The notes beneath the pieces are model-generated. The model saw nothing but the letters and a program-made list of their open reading frames with translations, ran no database searches and had not been told where the DNA came from. The position numbers and the translations under genes were made by a program. From sequence record DRR723986_3483: a stretch of DNA of 64,000 nucleotides, one strand, 5' to 3'. Shown in pieces: positions 58,357 through 64,000 of this stretch. Each line of letters starts with the position of its first letter. Position 1 is the first letter of the stretch.

Positions 58357-59577
58357 CTAATATTTCATCATCTCCATCAACGCTTCCACCGCTTTCTCAG
58401 CAAATTCTTTTTCATTGATATGTAAAGGCAAGTTTATAAAAGCGATATCCGAATTCAAATTCTTTTCGATTGAATCTGAAAGTATCCGGTTTACGGCTGG
58501 ATTATAAAATACATTTCCCTCCGCATCTATTTGGGAAAGGCCTCTTTCCGGAAAAAGAACAGCTGTTGGGCCTGTGGCATGATTTAGCTTTTTGGCTAGG
58601 ATCTCACCTAGTATTTGATTTTCTTCCTCATTAGTTCGCATTAGGGTTACTGTTGGTACCCAGCTATACAATTGACGGTTTTTGTATTTATCCGGTACAG
58701 ACTCCATGGTGCCAAAGTTGACCATGTCCATGCATCCCGGTACCACTACTTGCGGAATTCCCAATTTCCCAGCAGCTTCCAACCTTTGTCCACCTGCACT
58801 ACAGACACCAGCACAAAGATCATCTGCCAATTCTGTGGTGGTAATATCCAACACACCTGCAAAGCAACCTTCAAGCACCAGGCTTTCCATTGCTTTTCCA
58901 CCCAAACCATTAGCATGAAAAGTCATCACTTCATAGCCTTTAGCCTCCAGCAATTCGGTGCAAAAATCTACGCAAACACTGGTGTTCCCAAACATGCTGA
59001 TGGCAATGCGCTTAGAAGTAGTAGATTTATCGAAAACCTCCACCCCACACATGGCTACTATTGCAGCAGCAGCTTGCTGGATAATTGGTTTGATAATACT
59101 ATTCAATGCCGCTACATCTACCACGGAAGGCATCATCACAATGTCCTTCGCCCCAATCTGCTCAGAAAGGTCTTTGCTGGCTAAAGTAGAAATACAGATT
59201 TTCGGTAAACCCAGAGGTAGGTTTTGCATGGACTTCAGCGTAACATAAGTTCCGCTACCTCCACCCATACCGATTACTGCATCAAATTTCTTCTGCTTAT
59301 AAAGATCCGCCAATATTTCTGCTGATCCCCGCCCCATGATTTCCATAGCATAACCACGGTCATTTTTACTTCGGATATCTTCTAGATTTCCTCCCCCGAT
59401 TTCAGAGACTGTAGTTCCCTCCACATCTATAGGAAATAGCGTGGTCGAACCCATAACACCAACATTAACCGTAACCACTTCTGCTCCTTGTGCCAATAGA
59501 CAGTCTCGTAGAAAAGAGAAGATTTGCCCTTTCGTGTCGAAGCAGCCGAGCATCAGGATTCTAGGTTTTTGGGTCAT
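58357..59577 (-). CDS. Tm-1-like ATP-binding domain protein (UPF0261)
   Basis: G.FDTKG, GGGSGT, LP.GLPK..ST, SVVDVA.LN, SMFGNT, FHA.G.GG, LDITTTELAD, PG.DMVNFG, TLMRT. Confidence 0.92.
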   Translation of the reverse strand: MTQKPRILMLGCFDTKGQIFSFLRDCLLAQGAEVVTVNVGVMGSTTLFPIDVEGTTVSEIGGGNLEDIRSKNDRGYAMEIMGRGSAEILADLYKQKKFDAVIGMGGGSGTYVTLKSMQNLPLGLPKICISTLASKDLSEQIGAKDIVMMPSVVDVAALNSIIKPIIQQAAAAIVAMCGVEVFDKSTTSKRIAISMFGNTSVCVDFCTELLEAKGYEVMTFHANGLGGKAMESLVLEGCFAGVLDITTTELADDLCAGVCSAGGQRLEAAGKLGIPQVVVPGCMDMVNFGTMESVPDKYKNRQLYSWVPTVTLMRTNEEENQILGEILAKKLNHATGPTAVLFPERGLSQIDAEGNVFYNPAVNRILSDSIEKNLNSDIAFINLPLHINEKEFAEKAVEALMEMMKY

Positions 59578-59606
59578 GCTTTGTGGTTGTATTTATATTG
59601 TCTTTT

Positions 59607-59667
59607 GCCATGGTTTGTGTCCTCGCAAACCATAAATGGTGCTAGCCTGTGAGACATAAACCACGGC
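59607..59667. repeat. REP-like inverted repeat
   Basis: GCCATGGTTTGTGTC ... GACATAAACCACGGC (15-bp arms, 2 mismatches); related to 60712-60793. Confidence 0.7.
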
Positions 59668-59714
59668 GTTAGATTTCTCAGTCAGCCTTCCTTCGAAATG
59701 ACCGTTACACAAAA

Positions 59715-60674
59715 TCAATCTAATTCTAGAAATTTAAAGCTCCCTTTCTTCACTTCCAAAAGATCCGCATCGTTTCCATCCTCCTTAAATTCCAATTCAA
59801 TCAAAGCCGTTTTTCTGGGAGATACCTTCTCATCCGAATTATGAGTATGCAGCACATATCGAAGTTTACCCTTTGAATCGAAGAAAAAATCTCCATGCCC
59901 GGAACCGTTGATTCCTGCATCAGCTTTGTCGAAAATAGGGTTGGTAGGACTTTTTCTCCAAGGTCCCATCGGACTTTCACTTACCGCATAGCCGACAGCG
60001 TAGTCTGGGTTCCTGAAATCATTAGCGGAGTAAATAAAGTAATATAATCCCTCGTGCTTAATAATCGCTGGACCTTCAGATACTGTCCAATCCACATTTT
60101 GAGTATTTTCCCAAGGTTCTTCCGCATGGAAGCAGTAGGTCAAGGTTTCTTCTTTAATACCTGAAAAATCATCCTTTAATTCAGCCACAAACAGTCGATT
60201 TCCTTCAGTCAAACGCACGTGATACATGTACTTTTTCCCGTCATCATCAATGAAAATGTAAGGATCAATCTGCTTCACAGGCGCTTCCAGATCTTTCTTT
60301 TCTGCTTGGGTAAATGGCCCTAACGGACTATCTGAAGTTGCGATTGCAATGTGTTCATTGGCAGTGTAAGCCATGTAAAATTTTCCTTCGTACTCGAAAA
60401 CCTGAGGTGCCCAAAACCCAATATCTCCATAGGATTCGCCTTTTTTAAGCGCATAGCCATCGTTTTTATCAGACCTCTTCCAGGATTTTAGGTTTTTGGA
60501 AACATAAACTTCGAAACCCAAATTCTTGTCATTTCCACTGGTACCATAGAGATAGTAAGTACCATCATGATAGAAAATAGTCGGGTCGGCAAGAAGCATA
60601 GGGCTTTTCTCAGGAACTGATAAAAAGCTCAGGCTAAACCAAAATGCTATAGAGAGTAAATGAGTAATGTTCAT
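59715..60674 (-). CDS. GH43 family glycoside hydrolase
   Basis: LADPTI, FWAPQV, IDPYIF, EGP, YSAN, GHG; signal peptide; subfamily not determined. Confidence 0.92.
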   Translation of the reverse strand: MNITHLLSIAFWFSLSFLSVPEKSPMLLADPTIFYHDGTYYLYGTSGNDKNLGFEVYVSKNLKSWKRSDKNDGYALKKGESYGDIGFWAPQVFEYEGKFYMAYTANEHIAIATSDSPLGPFTQAEKKDLEAPVKQIDPYIFIDDDGKKYMYHVRLTEGNRLFVAELKDDFSGIKEETLTYCFHAEEPWENTQNVDWTVSEGPAIIKHEGLYYFIYSANDFRNPDYAVGYAVSESPMGPWRKSPTNPIFDKADAGINGSGHGDFFFDSKGKLRYVLHTHNSDEKVSPRKTALIELEFKEDGNDADLLEVKKGSFKFLELD

Positions 60675-60711
60675 GGTTTGATGGATTATTGGATTTTATC
60701 AGGCTTTTACC

Positions 60712-60793
60712 CCGTGGCCTGTGTCTGAAAGCCCGAAATTGGTTGAGTAGTCTGTGAGGACACAGACCACGGAGGTAGACACAGGCCACGGAG
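60712..60793. repeat. composite REP-like element
   Basis: CCGTGGCCTGTGTCT (60712-26) pairs perfectly with AGACACAGGCCACGG (60777-91); internal GTCTGTGAGGACACAGACCACGGAG gives a tandem GACACAG(A/G)CCACGGAG repeat. Confidence 0.75.
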
Positions 60794-60808
60794 ACTGGAT
60801 TTTAAAAT

Positions 60809-61660
60809 CTAACTGCCAAACTGACTCTTATAAAAAGCTAGTCCTTCCCTAGCCAAAGCATCTGGACTTTCAGCTAAAGGTCTCCAAATGCAAGTAGCTT
60901 TTGCCATTTCCTTAGATACAGCTCCGAAGGTTTCAATCACAATGGCACCCTCGTAGCCTATTTCCTCCAAAGCTTCTTTGATCTCATCCCAAGCAAGATT
61001 CCCTGTTCCAGGAGTTCCGCGGTCACTTTCATTCCCCTGCACATGGCAAAGTAAGTCCTTGCCAACCTTACGGATGGATGCAGCAATATTTTTCTCTTCT
61101 ATATTATTGTGAAAAGTATCCAATTGGATTTTCAACCAAGGAGAGTCCACAGCTTTTACAATCTCCAATGCCTGATCTACGGTATTGACCATGTCACTTT
61201 CAAAGCGATTAAGAGGTTCCAACCCTAGCGTTATTCCAAATTCCTCCGCAGTTTTACAGGCTTTCTTTAAGTTATCCACACACCAATCGAATTCCTGCTT
61301 TTTCTGATCAGCAGAAATAGAGCGAAGCTTTCCCACTGCAGAATAAAGCGGACCACCGAATAATGGGCTACCCATTTTCGCAGCGATCTTGATGGAATCC
61401 TGAATGTATTTCAGACCATTTGCACGAATGTCAGGATCCTCACTGGAAATATCCCGGTCTGCTCCGAATGCTCCGCTGATACTTACTTGCAATCCAAGTT
61501 CGTCCGTGAGTTTTTTCAGTGCATCCCAATCCACCAACTCTTTGTCTTCCACAGGTACCTCGATGATATCGAAGCCCATCTCCTTCACTTTATGCACAAG
61601 ATCAAAAGAATGGGTATCGAAAGGCGATACCCATAAAAATGTACTTACTCCAAACTGCAT
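60809..61660 (-). CDS. sugar phosphate isomerase/epimerase family, D-tagatose/D-psicose 3-epimerase-like
   Basis: LEPLNRFE, LDTFH, HVQ...DRG.PG.G, IETF metal/catalytic set; likely start MQFGVST at 61660. Confidence 0.88.
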   Translation of the reverse strand: MQFGVSTFLWVSPFDTHSFDLVHKVKEMGFDIIEVPVEDKELVDWDALKKLTDELGLQVSISGAFGADRDISSEDPDIRANGLKYIQDSIKIAAKMGSPLFGGPLYSAVGKLRSISADQKKQEFDWCVDNLKKACKTAEEFGITLGLEPLNRFESDMVNTVDQALEIVKAVDSPWLKIQLDTFHNNIEEKNIAASIRKVGKDLLCHVQGNESDRGTPGTGNLAWDEIKEALEEIGYEGAIVIETFGAVSKEMAKATCIWRPLAESPDALAREGLAFYKSQFGS

Positions 61661-61661
61661 C

Positions 61662-62777
61662 TTAGTCGAAGGTTGGAACTTGAATTCTTTCCCCACCCTT
61701 CATGGCAGACTCGTGTGCGCAAATTCCCGCACAGGTATAATTTGCGGCAGTAGTCGCATCTACAGCAGAATCTCTTCCTTCTACTATGGCAGCGATAAAT
61801 TCCTGCACCAAATGTGGATGTGATCCACCATGTCCAGCTCCCTGAAGGAATGACACGTGATTAGGATCGTCGATAGTCTGTCTCTTGGTAAAGTGCTTGA
61901 TTGGCTCGATCAGCAACTCATCTGTGTCAGGCACATCTATTCTTCGGGCATTTTCGCCTCCATCAAAAATCACATGGCTTTCATCCTCCAGCTGCTCCCA
62001 TTCGAAGGACATCTTGGTGCCATAGACGTCGTATGACTCACGATATTGTCGAACTACATCAAAAAGAGAACGAGTCGCTTCTGCAATTACGTCTGAGTTT
62101 TTAAGCGTGAAAGTTGCCGTTTCCATTGCAAATGGAGAGCCATAGCGGCTTGCCAAATCTTCACTTAATCTTCCTGAACCGTGACAAACTACAGTCTCAG
62201 CTTTTGTATTGTTGATTCTCAAAAGCGGAGAAATCGCATGCGTTCCGTTCAACATCGGCGGGAAACCTTTCCAATATTCATCCCAGCCAGGCATGCTCAT
62301 ATCCTGAATATGCGAACCTCTTACCATTTGTATCTTGCCCAGCTGGCCTGTTTCTGCCAAGTTCAAGCCATATAAAAACTCACGGGTATATAGTGCAGTC
62401 TCCATCATCATATAGACTTTGCCAGACTTTTTCTTAGCATCCACGATAGCTGCACAATCTTCCTTAGTCATCGCCATTGGGATGGTACAAGCGGTGTGCT
62501 TATTGGCATTCAATGATGCCAAAGTCATTCTTGCATGATCTGGAACTGGTGTCACAATATGAATCGCATCCACATCGTCACGCTTTGGCACATCTTCGAA
62601 ATTGGTAAAGCAAAGGTTTCTGTCCAGATTAAACTTGGTGGCCAATTCATCAATTGTTTTTGGATTTCTAGTACAGATACCCACCGCCTTGATGTTTGGA
62701 TGTGCTTGATAGATTGGAATAAACTCCTTGCCGAAACCCAGTCCGACTATAACTACAGTGATTTGTTTTTGACTCAT
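61662..62777 (-). CDS. Gfo/Idh/MocA family NAD(P) oxidoreductase
   Basis: VGLGFG Rossmann, DAIHIVTP..H, KH..C.IPMA, THAISP, GAGHGGSHPHL, AHESA. Confidence 0.9.
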   Translation of the reverse strand: MSQKQITVVIVGLGFGKEFIPIYQAHPNIKAVGICTRNPKTIDELATKFNLDRNLCFTNFEDVPKRDDVDAIHIVTPVPDHARMTLASLNANKHTACTIPMAMTKEDCAAIVDAKKKSGKVYMMMETALYTREFLYGLNLAETGQLGKIQMVRGSHIQDMSMPGWDEYWKGFPPMLNGTHAISPLLRINNTKAETVVCHGSGRLSEDLASRYGSPFAMETATFTLKNSDVIAEATRSLFDVVRQYRESYDVYGTKMSFEWEQLEDESHVIFDGGENARRIDVPDTDELLIEPIKHFTKRQTIDDPNHVSFLQGAGHGGSHPHLVQEFIAAIVEGRDSAVDATTAANYTCAGICAHESAMKGGERIQVPTFD

Positions 62778-62864
62778 TAGTGTATGCTTTAGGTTTTTGA
62801 TTAACTGTTGAAAAAGACAGGTTTAATAGATTCAGAGTAATTACGCTACTCGTTTAAGATAATT

Positions 62865-62888
62865 CCGGTATGTGCAGACACAGACCGG
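62865..62888. repeat. short REP-like hairpin
   Basis: CCGGTATGTG-CAGA-CACAGACCGG; shares the GACACAGACC core with the 60.7-kb element. Confidence 0.55.
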
Positions 62889-62907
62889 GGGAAAATAGGT
62901 TTATAAC

Positions 62908-63633
62908 TTATTTCGCAGCCCATTTTACTGCGTTTCGAATTAGTGTTTGGTAAGCTTCCAGTTCATGCGAAGCTGCATCATGGCCTAGGGCGATGCCGAC
63001 GATTTTCGCCTTTGGATTTTTTACAATGAAAATAGAAGGAAATGGATCTGTATCAGCATTGCTTGCATTTGCCAGGATTTCGATTCCAGGACCTGCTGCA
63101 TCTACTTTGAAATAGTATAGCTCGTCATCCAGAGAGAAATGCGCTGGAAGGCCTTTGGTAACAGGATGCTTTTCAGTCAAATCCACATTGAAATTCCCAT
63201 AGGCATTATGGCCTCTTGAGCCGCCACTAACCATGGTTTTGTTGTATTCCGGCCAATCATTCCAATTGTACCAAAGCGCAGGATGGGCTAGAACTAAGCC
63301 TTTCCCAGCATCTGCAAAAGCAAAAATTGCCTTGCGGGTAGCCTCGTCTGCTATAGGTTGATTATTTGCCAAAAAGAGCACATCTGTCTCACCTAAGTAT
63401 TGCAAAATGGAAGTCGGATCATCAGTATAAGTTACCTCTGCCAAGCCATCTCTTTCCAAAGTGGCGATGTCGGCACCTTTGTACCATTTGTCAAAATCGT
63501 GGGAAGATCCGCCACCTACCATCAATACTTTGATTGGCTTTTTAGCAGGGTTTTCCTTTGCCAGCAGGCTTGTTCCAATTCCGAAAACCAATAGTAGGCT
63601 TAGAAAAGGAATGATTATTTTTTTAAGGTTCAT
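62908..63633 (-). CDS. ThuA-like (class I GATase-like) domain protein, secreted
   Basis: Signal peptide, GG.SHD, G.GLVLAH, HPVT.GL, DELY, LGHD, N.VKW. Confidence 0.88.
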   Translation of the reverse strand: MNLKKIIIPFLSLLLVFGIGTSLLAKENPAKKPIKVLMVGGGSSHDFDKWYKGADIATLERDGLAEVTYTDDPTSILQYLGETDVLFLANNQPIADEATRKAIFAFADAGKGLVLAHPALWYNWNDWPEYNKTMVSGGSRGHNAYGNFNVDLTEKHPVTKGLPAHFSLDDELYYFKVDAAGPGIEILANASNADTDPFPSIFIVKNPKAKIVGIALGHDAASHELEAYQTLIRNAVKWAAK

Positions 63634-63734
63634 ATTTTTGGGTTGTGTTTAGAATTTTTATTAAGTGACTTATAATTATCCACATTGTTGACAGTAGCAC
63701 GACCGAAGCACCTTCTTCCGACATCAAACATTTA

Positions 63735-64000
63735 TCATCCCTCCACGACCATGATACCATTCATCATTCTCCAATGCCCAGGAAATGTGCAGGCAAAGGG
63801 ATAATTACCAGGCTTAGTTGGAGCAGTGAACGTCAAGGTGTACAATTCCTGTGGGCCGATCATTTTTGTGGCAAAAAGCACTTCCGGAACTTCAGGTATA
63901 TAGAATTTCTCTGATGCTTTTGGGTCACGAAGCATAGCATCTGCCGCTGCACCTACCTTATCCAAGGTTCCAGGTTTAGCGATAAGTAAATTATGCTGCA
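63735..64000 (-). CDS. C-terminal azurin/plastocyanin-like type-1 copper domain of a larger protein (truncated by window edge)
   Basis: Frame is open to the edge: ..QHNLLIAKPG...YPFACTFPGHWRMMNG gives the His/Cys/His/Met blue-copper ligands. Confidence 0.85.
   Translation of the reverse strand, partial: QHNLLIAKPGTLDKVGAAADAMLRDPKASEKFYIPEVPEVLFATKMIGPQELYTLTFTAPTKPGNYPFACTFPGHWRMMNGIMVVEG

Noticed and set aside
57292-59577. Tm-1-like pair as an anti-phage defence system
   Set aside because: Only the plant homologue has antiviral function; the local context is entirely sugar-catabolic with no defence-island or mobile genes
58186-62888. Spacer repeats considered as a CRISPR array
   Set aside because: Repeats are palindromic, dispersed between genes, lack regular unique spacers, and no cas genes are present
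932-63652. Numerous short antisense or overlapping ORFs in the six-frame track (e.g. 9519-10007, 43723-44250, 53525-54025, 58672-59184)
   Set aside because: They are shadows of long, motif-supported genes on the opposite strand or in another frame
1-64000. tRNA/rRNA genes, transposases, integrases, prophage genes
   Set aside because: None recognisable by eye; a tRNAscan/Rfam/ISEScan run would be needed to exclude small elements

Overview
Gene-dense Bacteroidota window; the SusC/SusD systems and overall gene style suggest Cytophagales/Cyclobacteriaceae (inference). (1) 1-18.5 kb: a flexirubin/aryl-polyene-type type II FAS/PKS cluster, truncated at the left edge. It has an FjTAL-like ammonia-lyase, KS/ACP/FabG/dehydratase/thioesterase, LpxL-type acyltransferase, an MMPL-PlsC-methyltransferase fusion, a flavin halogenase-like enzyme, a C45 acyltransferase, AcpS, a CoA ligase and a CrtI-like oxidoreductase. 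(2) 19.5-26.5 kb: a SusC/SusD pair with no CAZyme, preceded by a DUF218/YdcF protein and an unknown secreted protein. (3) 28-54 kb: two adjacent GH76 (alpha-1,6-mannan-type) PULs. One is under ECF sigma/FecR control; the other lies next to a membrane-anchored kelch/SARP-like regulator and an uncharacterised 734-aa lipoprotein. (4) 54.5-64 kb: a sugar-redox block with a GMC dehydrogenase plus Tat small subunit, a split Tm-1-like (UPF0261) + TIM-barrel pair, GH43, a ketose 3-epimerase-like protein, Gfo/Idh/MocA, ThuA and a partial azurin-domain protein, with REP-like hairpins in the spacers. The strongest signal not explained by gene calls is a 72-bp ungapped operator/promoter architecture (CAGGATTAG-N17-TTAACC-N5-TTAACC-N6-TTAACC-N9-CTATTTTC, minus strand). 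It sits in front of both the second GH76 PUL and the GMC dehydrogenase operon, which suggests a regulon coupling mannan uptake to oxidative (3-keto) glycoside processing. All family calls are by motif recognition; no searches were run.
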